Source: Candidatus Fraserbacteria bacterium
GTDB taxonomy: Bacteria > Bipolaricaulota > Bipolaricaulia > RBG-16-55-9 > DRXL01
Reading direction: 5' to 3'
DNA: 64,000 nt
Assembly (NCBI GenBank): GCA_947085185.1
Contig: CAMTVK010000021.1
Location: forward strand, 64,001-128,000
Below the pieces are notes generated by a model. It did not search any database and was not told the origin of the DNA. It saw only the letters and a program-made list of their open reading frames with translations. Shown in pieces: positions 37,921-48,784 of this stretch. Within the stretch, counting starts at the first letter, position 1. Each line of letters starts with the position of its first letter. Made by a program: the position numbers and the translations under genes.

Positions 37921-38628
37921 ATGCACAACGGAGATGATCTCTTGAAGGACGTTTCATCGAGCGGATCGCCCCAGAAAGATCGCGTGGAGATGGTGCGACG
38001 CCTCGAGGCACAAGGCATCACCGATCAGAAAGTCTTAGAGGTTATGCGTCGCATCCCACGGCATCTGTTCATCGCTAACGCTCTGTGGGATCATGCGTAT
38101 GCCGATCATCCCGTACCCATTGACCGGGGGCAGACGATCTCTCAGCCGTATATTGTCGCCCTGATGACCCAAGCGCTCCGTCTAGAGAAGACCGATCGAG
38201 TGCTGGAGATCGGCACGGGCTCGGGGTATCAAACGGCGATCTTAGCCGAGCTCGCTCAACACGTCTACACGATCGAGCGCTTTGCGGAGCTCTCCGAGAA
38301 AGCACAAAAGCTCTTAGCCGACGCAGGGTATACGAACATCAGCTTTCGTGTGGGTGACGGGACGTTGGGGTGGCCGGAAGAGGCACCATTTGACAAGATC
38401 ATCGTCACCGCAGCTGCGCCGGAGGTGCCAGCGGCCCTGCTTGAGCAGTTGGCGGAGGGAGGGCGCCTGGTCATCCCCGTGGGAGGGCGCCAGCTCCAGA
38501 CGCTCCTTGCTCTCACAAAAGAGCATGGGAAGCTTCAGAAAGAGGAGCTCTGCGCGTGCAGCTTCTTGCCACTCATCGGGAGAGAGGGCTGGCCGGATCA
38601 AGAAACATGGCTGCAGCAGCTCCTGTAG
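37921..38628 (+). CDS. pcm: Protein-L-isoaspartate O-methyltransferase
   Basis: GQTISQP, VLEIGTGSGY, APFDKIIVTAA, GGRLVIPVG. Confidence 0.94.
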   Translation: MHNGDDLLKDVSSSGSPQKDRVEMVRRLEAQGITDQKVLEVMRRIPRHLFIANALWDHAYADHPVPIDRGQTISQPYIVALMTQALRLEKTDRVLEIGTGSGYQTAILAELAQHVYTIERFAELSEKAQKLLADAGYTNISFRVGDGTLGWPEEAPFDKIIVTAAAPEVPAALLEQLAEGGRLVIPVGGRQLQTLLALTKEHGKLQKEELCACSFLPLIGREGWPDQETWLQQLL

Positions 38629-38714
38629 GCAGGGAAGGGGGATACACAGAAAGAACTCAAGAGTGCTATCTACATTCTCAATCTCAAGAAACACCAGGGA
38701 GGTAAAGATAGCAT

Positions 38715-39674
38715 ATGAAAACCGTGAAGAAGACGCAGTTCTTTGTGATTGGGATACTCTTCGTTATTGGGACGCTCTTGACGGGCTGTGGTGGCAGAGT
38801 CAAGCCGCCGACGGCTGTTATCACCAGCCCGCAGAGCGGCGCTCAGTTCACAGTCAATCAATCTATTGAGTTTAGCGGATCGGCCAAGGACGACGCGGGC
38901 AAAGAAGTCACCAAAGATATCGTCTACGAATGGGATTTTGGCGACGGCACGAAAGGAACCGGCCAGACCGTCTCTCACGCCTACAGCACCAGTGGAACGT
39001 ACACCGTGAAGCTGACGGTGAAGACGACAGCGCAAGCGAAAGAGACGAGCCCCAGGCTCGAATCAAAGCAGACGGCTCAGATCGAGATCACCGTGACGCC
39101 AGCGCTCTCGGTGGCGATCTCGGCGAGCGTCACTGAAGGGCCGGCGCCGTTAGAAGTGTCGTTTACTGCAGAAGTCCAAGGCACGGCAGCAAGCTATACC
39201 TGGGACTTCGGCGATGGCACGACGAGCACTGAAGCCAACCCCAGGCACACGTTCACAACTGAGGGCACGTACACGGTGAAGCTTGTCGTGACTGGCTCTG
39301 ACGGCACCACAGCTTCTGCTGAAAAGACGATCACGGTGACGGCGCCGCAGCAGTCCTCCCAAGGGCAGCTGCACATCGTCAAGATGGTCAGCACCAAAGA
39401 CGGTCGTCAGTTCTTCGATCCGGCGGAGCTGACCATTAAAGTCGGCGACACGGTCCGGTGGGTGAACGAGTGTGAGCCGGGCGTAGCGTGTGTCCATTCG
39501 GCTCAAGCCTATCCTGACAAGATCCCCGCGGGGGCAGAAGCGTTTGACTCCGGGTTGTTGACGGAGCAAGGCCAACAATATGAGCACACGTTCACCGTCC
39601 CTGGGGAGTACGAGTACTTCTGTTTGCTCCATGAAGCCCTGGGGATGAAAGGGAAGGTCATTGTGCAGCCATAG
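38715..39674 (+). CDS. Lipoprotein with two PKD domains and a C-terminal blue-copper (cupredoxin) domain
   Basis: Lipobox LLTGC; WDFGDG twice; H...YFCLLH...GM type-1 copper ligands. Confidence 0.85.
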   Translation: MKTVKKTQFFVIGILFVIGTLLTGCGGRVKPPTAVITSPQSGAQFTVNQSIEFSGSAKDDAGKEVTKDIVYEWDFGDGTKGTGQTVSHAYSTSGTYTVKLTVKTTAQAKETSPRLESKQTAQIEITVTPALSVAISASVTEGPAPLEVSFTAEVQGTAASYTWDFGDGTTSTEANPRHTFTTEGTYTVKLVVTGSDGTTASAEKTITVTAPQQSSQGQLHIVKMVSTKDGRQFFDPAELTIKVGDTVRWVNECEPGVACVHSAQAYPDKIPAGAEAFDSGLLTEQGQQYEHTFTVPGEYEYFCLLHEALGMKGKVIVQP

Positions 39675-39687
39675 GAGAGTAGAGAAG

Positions 39688-39721
39688 CCCCTCATCCCAG
39701 TTGTGGGGTGAGGGCCTTTTT
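39688..39721 (+). terminator. Intrinsic terminator-like hairpin
   Basis: CCCTCATCCCA-GTTG-TGGGGTGAGGG followed by a T-run. Confidence 0.6.
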
Positions 39722-39723
39722 CT

Positions 39724-40746
39724 ATGGTCAAAATAATAGACTTGCGCAGCGATACGGTCACCAAGCCCACGCCCGCGATGCGGCGCGCCATGGCCGAAGC
39801 CGAGGTCGGCGACGACGTCTTCGGGGAAGACCCGACCGTCAACGCCCTGCAAAGACGCGCAGCCGAACTCTTCGGCTGCGAAGCAGCGCTCTTTGTCCCT
39901 TCAGGGACGATGGGGAATCAGATCGCCATCAAAGTCCACACCCAGCCCGGCGACGAAGTTATTCTCGAAGAAGCTTCGCATATTTTTAATGCAGAGATGG
40001 CCATGATGGGGGCGTTTTCGGGAGTGATCCCGCGCCCCATCCCCAGCGAGCGGGGGTTCTTGCGCTGGGCTCAGATCGAAGCTGCTATTCGCCCTAAAGT
40101 CTATTACTACGCCCAGACACGACTGATCTGTCTAGAGAACACCCATAACTTCAAGGGCGGAGGGGTCTATCCCCTGGAGTGGGCCGGGGAGATCATAGAG
40201 AGAGCCCATGAGCGCGGCTTGGCTGTGCATCTAGATGGAGCGCGCATCTTTCATGCTGCGGTCGCGACGGGGCTTTCGGTCAAAGAGCTCACGGAGGGCT
40301 TTGATTCCGTGATGTTTTGTCTCTCCAAAGGGCTGGGAGCGCCGGTGGGCTCGATGCTTGTGGGGTCAGCAGAATTTATCGAGAAGGCCCGAAGGGTTCG
40401 CAAGATGCTCGGCGGCGGGATGCGCCAAGCTGGGATGCTCGCGGCCGCGGGGCTCTATGCGTTAGAGCATCACGTCGAGCGTCTTGCGGAAGATCACGAG
40501 AACGCCAAACTCTTGGCACAAGCCCTGCAAGAGATTCCCGAGGTGCACGTGGAGCCCGTTGAGACAAATATTGTTATCTTTGAGCTGGCCAAGACGCCTG
40601 CTGAAAGGCTCATCGCCGAGCTGAAGAAGCGCTCTATCTTGGCGTTGGCGATCGGGTCGCGGCGGGTGCGCTTGGTGACGCATCTTGACGTGTCACAAGA
40701 CGACGTCCTCCACGCCGCTCAAGCCATCCGAGAGATCCTCAGCTGA
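39724..40746 (+). CDS. ltaE: Low-specificity L-threonine aldolase
   Basis: [41 protein letters not shown]. Confidence 0.93.
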   Translation: MVKIIDLRSDTVTKPTPAMRRAMAEAEVGDDVFGEDPTVNALQRRAAELFGCEAALFVPSGTMGNQIAIKVHTQPGDEVILEEASHIFNAEMAMMGAFSGVIPRPIPSERGFLRWAQIEAAIRPKVYYYAQTRLICLENTHNFKGGGVYPLEWAGEIIERAHERGLAVHLDGARIFHAAVATGLSVKELTEGFDSVMFCLSKGLGAPVGSMLVGSAEFIEKARRVRKMLGGGMRQAGMLAAAGLYALEHHVERLAEDHENAKLLAQALQEIPEVHVEPVETNIVIFELAKTPAERLIAELKKRSILALAIGSRRVRLVTHLDVSQDDVLHAAQAIREILS

Positions 40747-40861
40747 AGAGACACAATCGCATTGAAACTTTTGTCCGTCTCAATAGTATTTATATCGGTC
40801 CAGCCCTCTAGGCATGAAGAGCGCTTCGTGCTATAATGGGTCGGACCGAAGGAGGCCATCT

Positions 40862-42127
40862 ATGCGCGCAGCCATGAGCCGACGTACGTTTCTGCACGCC
40901 CTGGGCGTGACAGTGGGGGCTTTGCTTGTAGGGCGCACTGGGGGCTACGGCCAGCAGACGCTCACCCTTGGGGTTTTAGGCAGCACAAGCACGCCATTGG
41001 GACAGGGGATCATCACCGGGGCGCAGCTCGCTGCCGAGGAATTGAAGTTCAGAGTTCTCGTGGGAGACTTGGGAAGCGAGACCGATCCTGCGCGCGCCCG
41101 CGCGGTGCTCGGCGAGCTCACTAGCAAAGGGGCCGACGCCATCGTAGGCCTCTCTCGCTCAGAGACGATACCAGAGCTCTTGAAAGACATCCCGACCTTG
41201 AAGAAGCCGCTGGTGATCACAGGGACACCGCTGTTGGGCACTGACGCTGTCGCGGGGGACTTTGCTAAGTACAAATATATCTTCCGCGCAGGCATCGTCA
41301 ATAGTGCTGCGCAAGCTTTCGATGGCGGCGAGTTTGGTCGAGAATTTTTAGTTGGGGAACTGATCAAGAAAAAAGTGCTGCCGTCGAACGCCGTTGCCCT
41401 GGTGGGCGACTCCTCCAAGCAGAGCGCAGACTTTCGCGCGGCGCTCTTGCCCAGGCTGACGCGAGCAGGCTTGGACGTCGTGGGCAATCTTGCCGATGGC
41501 CAAGCTGCCCCTCTGTTGGAGCGCCTGCAGAAGATCAATGTGCCGGCAGCGATCACGGCATTCTTCGACGCGAAAGTTGGGGCAGAGTTCGCCCGAGGCT
41601 GGTCGGCCAATAGAGTCAAAGTTGCCCTCTTTGGCTGGAACGAAGCGTTGCTCTCTGATGACCTCAAGGGCGCTGCCGCCGGCTCTGTTCTAGTAGACTT
41701 TGTCGGCGAGACCGCCAAAGTGGGCCCCAAGACCCTCGAGTTCTACCAAAAATACCAAGCGAATTTTCGAGCACGACCGGCCTTTACGGCAGCTACAACG
41801 TATGATGCTGTCTATGCGCTCGCTGATGCGCTCGCGCGCGCTCGCACGACCGACGCCGAGGCGCTCGTCACGGCCCTAGAAGGCGCGAAAGTGCATGGCG
41901 TCGTGGGTCTGATCCGGTTCTATAGTGTCGAAGAGCAGCAGCGGGACCCGCTCAAATTGGCGGTCGCCCACGATCAAGTCTATGGGATCAACAAGACGGG
42001 CGGGACCCCAGCGTTTGACGGCGTGCGTCCCTTTTATACCCAGCTCACACCGGACGGGCGGCGGATCGTGCTCTATCCCTATGAGTATGCAACCGGCTCG
42101 TACGTTCTGCCGCCGCATTTTAGATAA
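40862..42127 (+). CDS. Tat-exported ABC substrate-binding protein (periplasmic binding protein type 1), divergent
   Basis: SRRTFL signal, YIFR, TYDAVYALADA. Confidence 0.75.
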   Translation: MRAAMSRRTFLHALGVTVGALLVGRTGGYGQQTLTLGVLGSTSTPLGQGIITGAQLAAEELKFRVLVGDLGSETDPARARAVLGELTSKGADAIVGLSRSETIPELLKDIPTLKKPLVITGTPLLGTDAVAGDFAKYKYIFRAGIVNSAAQAFDGGEFGREFLVGELIKKKVLPSNAVALVGDSSKQSADFRAALLPRLTRAGLDVVGNLADGQAAPLLERLQKINVPAAITAFFDAKVGAEFARGWSANRVKVALFGWNEALLSDDLKGAAAGSVLVDFVGETAKVGPKTLEFYQKYQANFRARPAFTAATTYDAVYALADALARARTTDAEALVTALEGAKVHGVVGLIRFYSVEEQQRDPLKLAVAHDQVYGINKTGGTPAFDGVRPFYTQLTPDGRRIVLYPYEYATGSYVLPPHFR

Positions 42128-42158
42128 AAAGATTTAAAGATTTGAGGAGGTCGAACGT

Positions 42159-44054
42159 ATGGGACGCAGGGGAAATCGCGTCGGTCGGGTGCTCCTTGCT
42201 GCTTTTCTTGTGGTCGTCATTGGTCTGAACACGCCAGGGCTGCTGTCGCAATCGCAGATTGAAAGTCCTGAAGCCCCGCGCGTGACCTATGTGCTTCTCC
42301 CCAAGACCCGGTGTGTGGTCGCGCCGCCGGGGTTGCCTGCTGACAATTGCCCTCCAGGGACCCTCCCCCCACGAGAGACGTCTATCAACTGGATCGCCGC
42401 CGACGGAAGCGACTTTGAGGGAGCTATCGGATACCGAGATATAAATAGAGATATCGTCAAAGTCTCTTTCCGCGTGCTTGAGGCAACGGACGTGAAAGAC
42501 GCCCCGCCTGGGACGTTTAAAGTCGGGCAAATCTTCAGCTTTGAGCCCCCGGCCCAGCCCAGCGACACAGGAGAGTTCGGCTTCCGCATCTTCACCAATG
42601 TGCCGCAGGACGTCACCCTCGAAGTGACCCTCGAAGACGCCAAGAAGAACGTCAGTCAGCCCAAGGTCTTCTCGTTCAAGACCGTTGGCCCGGAGCCCAT
42701 CATCAGCAAGATCATCTTCCCTACGGAGATCCCCTTGGGAGCAAAGCAGAATATCTCGGTGGGATTTGTAGATCGTGAGGGCCAGCTGAGTCGGGTCTAT
42801 TTTCAGCTGGTCAACTTCGATCCCCAGCGCGTGGGGGATTGCGACCTTCCCATCGACCCTAGCGGCATCGACGTGAGCGAGAAGGTCCTGGGCGACAAGG
42901 AGGGTGAACTGAGCTTCTCTCTCGTATGCAACAGCGCGCAGCGCCTCAAGCTCAACGTCGTTCTCGTAGATCGCCAAGGCAATCGCAGTGAGCGGAGCGT
43001 CCTGCGCCAACAGAGCATCTTCGAGTTTATCGCAGGGCGCAAGATCGCCGACGGACTCTTCTTCCTTGATCAATTTGGTCGAGACGGCGCTGAGCCTGGG
43101 ACGTTTCGTCGCCCCCAAGGGATCGCCGTGGACAGCAAAGGGTCCATCTACGTCGCTGATACGGAGAACCATCGGATTCAGCGATTCGATCCTGCGACGT
43201 TCAAGCTGAACGAGAAGCTCCCTACTGTTGCATGGGGCAGTCAGTGCCTCTTGCGCACAGGAGATGGTTGTCGTGATCCCGATGGCGGTGGCCCGCTCAT
43301 CCCTGGCGACGGGCAGTTTAATGGCCCAACAGATGTCGTCGTCGATGCGGCAGGCAATGTCTATGTCGTGGACAGCGGCAATCATCGCATTCAGAAGTTC
43401 GACTCGACGGGAAAGTTCTTGGGCAAGTGGGGCACGCGCGGCAGCGGCCCTGGGCAGTTTGAGACCCCCATCAGCATCGCTCTCGATAGCTCAGGGAGAT
43501 TCGTCTACGTTGTCGATAAAGGGAACCATCGCGTGCAAAAATTTGACGTCAGCAGGTCTCCCGTGCAATTTGTGACCCAATGGGGAAGCCCGTGCAACCT
43601 CACGGTGACGCCTCCCACGGGACGCTGCGTGGACCCCGATGGCTCCGGCCCACTCCAAGTGGGCGACGGTCAGTTCTATGAGCCCCAGGCTATCGCCGTA
43701 GACAGCGCCGGGAATATCTACGTCTCCGATACGGGCAACCATCGCATACAGAAATTCGACGCGAATGGAAAGTTCTTAACCAAGTGGGGGCGCAATGGCA
43801 TTGCCCCAGGGCAGTTTGACGTCCCCCGTGGACTGGCGTTCACCCAACAAGGGGTCTTGCTCGTCGTGGATCAGAACAACCATCGTGTTCAAGAGTTCAC
43901 TCTCGACGGCACTTTTGTGCGCCAGTGGGGGGAACAAGGCTCTGGGGAAGGAGAATTCAAAGCCCCTCAAGACATCGCAGGAGACAGCGCCGGCAATCTC
44001 TATATCGTTGAGCTCTTGAATAACCGTGTGCAAAAGCTTGGGGACTTAAAATAA
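42159..44054 (+). CDS. Secreted NHL-repeat (6-bladed beta-propeller) protein
   Basis: Six F..P.GIAVD..G.IYV.D..NHRIQ.F repeats; N-terminal signal/TM segment. Confidence 0.88.
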   Translation: MGRRGNRVGRVLLAAFLVVVIGLNTPGLLSQSQIESPEAPRVTYVLLPKTRCVVAPPGLPADNCPPGTLPPRETSINWIAADGSDFEGAIGYRDINRDIVKVSFRVLEATDVKDAPPGTFKVGQIFSFEPPAQPSDTGEFGFRIFTNVPQDVTLEVTLEDAKKNVSQPKVFSFKTVGPEPIISKIIFPTEIPLGAKQNISVGFVDREGQLSRVYFQLVNFDPQRVGDCDLPIDPSGIDVSEKVLGDKEGELSFSLVCNSAQRLKLNVVLVDRQGNRSERSVLRQQSIFEFIAGRKIADGLFFLDQFGRDGAEPGTFRRPQGIAVDSKGSIYVADTENHRIQRFDPATFKLNEKLPTVAWGSQCLLRTGDGCRDPDGGGPLIPGDGQFNGPTDVVVDAAGNVYVVDSGNHRIQKFDSTGKFLGKWGTRGSGPGQFETPISIALDSSGRFVYVVDKGNHRVQKFDVSRSPVQFVTQWGSPCNLTVTPPTGRCVDPDGSGPLQVGDGQFYEPQAIAVDSAGNIYVSDTGNHRIQKFDANGKFLTKWGRNGIAPGQFDVPRGLAFTQQGVLLVVDQNNHRVQEFTLDGTFVRQWGEQGSGEGEFKAPQDIAGDSAGNLYIVELLNNRVQKLGDLK

Positions 44055-44096
44055 TCTGCCCCGTCTGAGAGAAGCTGGGGCGACAAGGAGGCGGCC

Positions 44097-45374
44097 ATGC
44101 GCCATACTATGAGAGTGCTCGCCGTCGCTGTTGTAGTGGGCGCGCTCAGCGCCATGGGGGTAGCGCAAAGCACGCTCTTACAATTAGTCTTCCGTGTGCC
44201 CGACGGCAGCCCCATTCGGTCTTCACCCGTGATCGATCTTGCCAAGAACGCCATCTATTTTGGGGCCGATGACGGCAATCTCTATGCGATCCCTTTAGAG
44301 AGCGCCGAGCAACCGCGACGCCCTAAGTGGGTCTTCTCCCCTGACCCAGACCCCACCAAACGTCGTCCCATGCGCACTCCACCGGTCATTGACGAGGCGC
44401 GCAACAGAATCTATATCGGAGCTGATGATGGCAAACTCTATGCTGTAGACCGAGACACCGGACAACCCGTTGAGGGGTTCAATGCCCTTGCTCGATCTGC
44501 TCCTATCCGTGTGCCTCCGACTTTAGATCAGCCTCGTGGCGTGCTTTATGTGGGTGCAGACGATCAACAAGTGCTGGCGCTCAAAGCTGTCGATGGCGCA
44601 TTAGCGCCTCAGGGGAACCCTACGTTCAACGCCGCCAAAGGGGCCATCCGCGCCGCGCCCGTGATTGACTTCGTCAAAACAGCAGTCTATTTTGGCTCCG
44701 ACGACGGCAAATTCTACGCCATTGATCGAGAGGACTTTACGCGCAACCGTTTCAGCCCTGTAGAAATCAATAGTCCCATCCGGGGCTCCCCGCTCTTGGA
44801 TCTTCTTCTTGGGACGGAAGCTGCGATCTACTTCGGTGCGGACAACGGCGTCTTCTACGCGATTGATCGTGAAGGGAAAGAGCTCTATAAGTTCGAGACG
44901 CGCGGGCCGGTGCGCACCAGAGCGACCGTAGACCCTGTCAAGAATGCCGTCTACTTCGTCTCCGACGACGGCAAGCTCTACGCGCTCTTCCGCACCGATG
45001 AGAAAGATAGCAGGGGCCAAGTCATCCCCGGCCGGAAGCACGGCACGCAAAAATTCGCGTTCACCGTCGTCACCGATGGCAGCCCCAATCCCTTCGATGG
45101 CGACCTGCCACGCTCTTCTCCGGTCGTAGACCGCCGTCTAGGAGCCACAGGGACGGGAACGATCATCGTCGGCTCGGTAGACGGCAATCTCTACGGGGTT
45201 GATCCCGACAGCGGGCGCTTGCGCTTTCTGCACTCGGTGCCCGGCGCGGGCACCGATCCGCGGGCGGCCATCCGCACCACCCCGGCTCTCTACGTCCGTG
45301 GGCCTGGGTCATTCTTGGATATCTATGTCGGTGCCGACGATGGGGGGCTCTATATAGTCACGCGGCGCCCTTAG
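44097..45374 (+). CDS. Secreted PQQ/BamB-like beta-propeller protein
   Basis: Repeated IR.SPVID...IYFGADDG.LYA units; signal peptide. Confidence 0.85.
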   Translation: MRHTMRVLAVAVVVGALSAMGVAQSTLLQLVFRVPDGSPIRSSPVIDLAKNAIYFGADDGNLYAIPLESAEQPRRPKWVFSPDPDPTKRRPMRTPPVIDEARNRIYIGADDGKLYAVDRDTGQPVEGFNALARSAPIRVPPTLDQPRGVLYVGADDQQVLALKAVDGALAPQGNPTFNAAKGAIRAAPVIDFVKTAVYFGSDDGKFYAIDREDFTRNRFSPVEINSPIRGSPLLDLLLGTEAAIYFGADNGVFYAIDREGKELYKFETRGPVRTRATVDPVKNAVYFVSDDGKLYALFRTDEKDSRGQVIPGRKHGTQKFAFTVVTDGSPNPFDGDLPRSSPVVDRRLGATGTGTIIVGSVDGNLYGVDPDSGRLRFLHSVPGAGTDPRAAIRTTPALYVRGPGSFLDIYVGADDGGLYIVTRRP

Positions 45375-45408
45375 GGGCTAAAATAGCTCTGAGAAAATCT
45401 TTCAGGAG

Positions 45409-48400
45409 GTGGCATGCATGAGCACAGGGTACATGAGGGGCAGAGCGATGCTGGGTCTAGGGATCATTACGATCGTCGGTATTTTGTTGTGGGGAGTTGG
45501 GTCGAGTCGTCTGACGGGATGGAGCCAAGGGGGAGCCCCGGCCTTGCCCGAGCTGCACCCTATCAGCTTAGTGCTCAGCCCCGCCTCCCCGGTTGATAAG
45601 GGCGTCTCTATAGCGGCTCGCACCAAGATCGTCAACACCGGCGGCAGCGCCGCGCCACGCTTCTCTGTAGAATTTTCTTATCGGGTCAAGAGCGATCCCC
45701 CTCGCCCGTGGGTGAGCTTCCCCGACGGCAAAGGGCTCATTATACTCTCGGCCGGGCTTGCCCCTCGTGACCAAGCGATCACCGTCGAGGGGACGCTGGA
45801 CACCTCAAAGGCCGAAATCGAGCCAGGCACTTATGAAATTCGAGTCTTGGTCGATTCCACCAATCAGATCTCTGAAGAGGACGAGACGAACAACGAGTTG
45901 ATCGTGGGGGTACAGATACGTCCGTCGCAGCTGAACAAGCCCGATCTTGTCCCGATCGCGCTCTCCTTCACCCCGCCATCCCCCCTTGATATTGATGGTC
46001 GGACAACCGTGACGGTGACGCTGCGCAACAGCGGTCCTGTAGACGCGGGTGCCTTCGAAGTGCAGTATCTCTTCTGCAAGCTCCCCACGCCGCGCAGCAC
46101 CTGCACGCCGGCTCAGCTCATCGAGTTCGGGCGGGCGAGCGTTTCAGGGCTAAAATCAGGAGAAGAACGCTCAGAAAAGACAGAATTCCCCAACCCCCGC
46201 GACCCCAGCACCGTCAAGCTCGATCCCGGCACATATCTTATCCAAGTGCGAGTAGACCCCACAAGCAAAGAGCAGCCCAACGGCGCTGTCGAAGAGCAAG
46301 ACGAAGCGAATAATACCCTCACAGCATCTCTGATGGTCAAGGGTCCGGAGCTCCACCCTGAGAGCATCATGCTCACTCCCACGCCGCTGCGCACCGGCGA
46401 TGAGGCGCTCATCACCGTACAAATTGCCAACGCGGGCATGGCTCCAGCGGAGAACGTCACAGTAGCGTTCTCTGTCGATGGGCGGCGCTTCGCGACCGCG
46501 ACCGTGCCCCAGATACCCGCAGCCTCTCCCAATGAGCCCGCTCGTCAAGCTGTCCAAGTCAGCCTCAAGACAGCGGAGCTCTCGTTGCAGCCTGGCGCAC
46601 ACGAGCTACGGGTCGTCGTCGACCCTGATGATCGCATCAGTGAGCTTGATGAGTCAAATAATACGCTGGCGACGGCGCTGACTCTCCAGCCCCCCTTGCC
46701 CCAGCTGCCCGAGCTCACCCCCAAGAGCCTCCTCGTGACCCCGGCCTCACCCGTTGAGCAAGGGAAGGGCACAGTCACAGCGGAGCTCATCAACACCGGC
46801 TTGCGGGTCGCTGAAGCGTTCGACATTGAGTTTTCTGTGCGCGAGGCCGGGCGAGCCCGCTGGAACCCCATACCGTGTATAGCCAACTGCACCAATAATA
46901 AGCTCAATCCCAATGCTGAGCTGACCGCCCAAGCGCAGCTACCTTCGCTGGCCCCAGGGGCTTATGAGGTCCGCGTCGTTGTGGACCCCCAGGGGCGCGT
47001 CGCTGAACTCGACGAGACGAATAACGAAATGCTCATAGGCTTCCGTGTCATTCGACCGCGCCGGCCCGATCTGACGATCACGGAGCTCGCGTTCGATCCG
47101 CCCTCGCTGGCGGCGCACCGTGGGCAGCCCGTCCGTATTCTCTTCACCGTCGAGAACATCGGCGATGCCCCAGCTGACGCCTCAGAAGCTCAGTGTACGT
47201 ACCGTCGCCTAGAGGACATCACAAGCATACCCGTTCCCTTTGCGAAGGTCTCCGTGCCGGCCCTCATCGCGGGCGGCAAGTTTGCCGCAGCGTGTCGGCT
47301 GGAGACGGGGCCGCCGCTGCGCCCGGGCTTCTATGAGCTCACGGTAACGGTAGATCCCCAGAACCGTATAGAAGAGCAAAACGAAGGGAATAATATTGCG
47401 ACCAGCGGCACAGGGATCCCGGGCCAACCGGGCCAGGGGCAAGCTCTCCTCATCTTCGGGCCTGATCTCATCCCCGATCGCGCCACGTTCAAAGCCAAGC
47501 GCCCCAAGACCCCAGAGACTATAGCCATGCCGCTCAGCCTTGAAATCACCCAAGGCGAGCTGCTCGAGCTTGAAGTGACCGTCAGAAATGTCGGACAAAT
47601 CCCGGCCGGCGGCTTCGACGTCGCCTTCTGCATTCGAGAATATTTCTCTCAGCAACCGTGCACAGAAGTCGGAACGCGATCCCGCACGACGGGCTTAGGG
47701 CTGACCGATGAGTTCATCGCCAAGACTCAAGTGAGCACTGAGCCCTTGGCGCCGGGAGTCTACGAGCTCGGGGTCCTCGTTGACCCGCCCACGCCGGAGC
47801 AGCCCTTTGGACGCGTCGAAGAAGTCAGCGAGCACAACAATAGTATCGGCGGGCCTCGGGGCACCCGTGGCTTCCAAGTCCTCATAGTCGGGAAACCCGA
47901 TCTGACCTTCCGCGAGTCGTTGGTCTTCCAGCCCAGCGGAGCCGTGCCCATTGGCACACCGTTGGGAGTCTTCGCTGATGTCCAAAACATCGGAGCAGGA
48001 CGGACAACCCGCGACTTTAAGGTCGAATACGCCTTCCGACGCGTGGACGACCCTGCTCAGCCCACCCCAGACTTTACGGTCTTTGGCACAGCGACGATCA
48101 CCGAGCTTGATGTAGGCCCGGAGAAGGCCAAGCAAGTCAAGGCCGAGCTCGATACGCGCAATCTCGCCCCAGGACTCTACGAGATCCGCGTCACGCTCGA
48201 TCCGGATAATCTCATCCCGGAGCTGAACGAGACGAATAACATACAGACAGCTCGGGTGGTCATCGGCGGAGGTGTTGGATTGGTGGACCTCGCCGCGGTC
48301 AGCTTGACTATGACCCCCAATCAACCAATAGTATCTCGTGGGCAGATCGTGCGGTTCTCTGCAGTGATCGCCAATCTGGGGTCTGCTCCTTCGGGGCCGT

Positions 48401-48639
48401 TCACGGTTGAGTTCAGCTATCGCGATCTGATGGGGGCGTCAGGGACGGAGCCGGTCTTCAGCCGTCAAACGGTGTCGAACTTAGAAGGTGGAGCACGGAC
48501 GACGCTCGTGGCCCATCTGAACACGATCTCGCTCTCCCCTGGGACGTATGAGATCGCCGTCACTGTAGATCCGGAGAACCGCATCTCCGAGCCGAATGAG
48601 ACCAACAATCGCCTGGTGATCTTTCTCACTGTTAACTAA
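45409..48639 (+). CDS. Secreted protein with ~8 tandem CARDB (Ig-like) domains
   Basis: Eight repeats ending PG.Y...V.VDP....E.DE.NN; N-terminal hydrophobic segment. Start uncertain. Confidence 0.85.
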   Translation: MACMSTGYMRGRAMLGLGIITIVGILLWGVGSSRLTGWSQGGAPALPELHPISLVLSPASPVDKGVSIAARTKIVNTGGSAAPRFSVEFSYRVKSDPPRPWVSFPDGKGLIILSAGLAPRDQAITVEGTLDTSKAEIEPGTYEIRVLVDSTNQISEEDETNNELIVGVQIRPSQLNKPDLVPIALSFTPPSPLDIDGRTTVTVTLRNSGPVDAGAFEVQYLFCKLPTPRSTCTPAQLIEFGRASVSGLKSGEERSEKTEFPNPRDPSTVKLDPGTYLIQVRVDPTSKEQPNGAVEEQDEANNTLTASLMVKGPELHPESIMLTPTPLRTGDEALITVQIANAGMAPAENVTVAFSVDGRRFATATVPQIPAASPNEPARQAVQVSLKTAELSLQPGAHELRVVVDPDDRISELDESNNTLATALTLQPPLPQLPELTPKSLLVTPASPVEQGKGTVTAELINTGLRVAEAFDIEFSVREAGRARWNPIPCIANCTNNKLNPNAELTAQAQLPSLAPGAYEVRVVVDPQGRVAELDETNNEMLIGFRVIRPRRPDLTITELAFDPPSLAAHRGQPVRILFTVENIGDAPADASEAQCTYRRLEDITSIPVPFAKVSVPALIAGGKFAAACRLETGPPLRPGFYELTVTVDPQNRIEEQNEGNNIATSGTGIPGQPGQGQALLIFGPDLIPDRATFKAKRPKTPETIAMPLSLEITQGELLELEVTVRNVGQIPAGGFDVAFCIREYFSQQPCTEVGTRSRTTGLGLTDEFIAKTQVSTEPLAPGVYELGVLVDPPTPEQPFGRVEEVSEHNNSIGGPRGTRGFQVLIVGKPDLTFRESLVFQPSGAVPIGTPLGVFADVQNIGAGRTTRDFKVEYAFRRVDDPAQPTPDFTVFGTATITELDVGPEKAKQVKAELDTRNLAPGLYEIRVTLDPDNLIPELNETNNIQTARVVIGGGVGLVDLAAVSLTMTPNQPIVSRGQIVRFSAVIANLGSAPSGPFTVEFSYRDLMGASGTEPVFSRQTVSNLEGGARTTLVAHLNTISLSPGTYEIAVTVDPENRISEPNETNNRLVIFLTVN

Positions 48640-48784
48640 GATGAGAGCGGGCCTTAACCTGGTGATCGAACCGCGCCTTCAGGGAGATATTCAGGGAGAC
48701 CCCGCCCAGGCCCTGAAGGGAAGGATGCATCAACCCGTGGTTAAGGCCCTCTCTTCACTTTTAGATGAGAACAAGGAGGCCATC

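Noticed and set aside
42120..48324. Long antisense ORFs (e.g. 42120-43385, 47695-48324)
   Set aside because: Shadow frames of well-supported plus-strand genes in GC-rich DNA.
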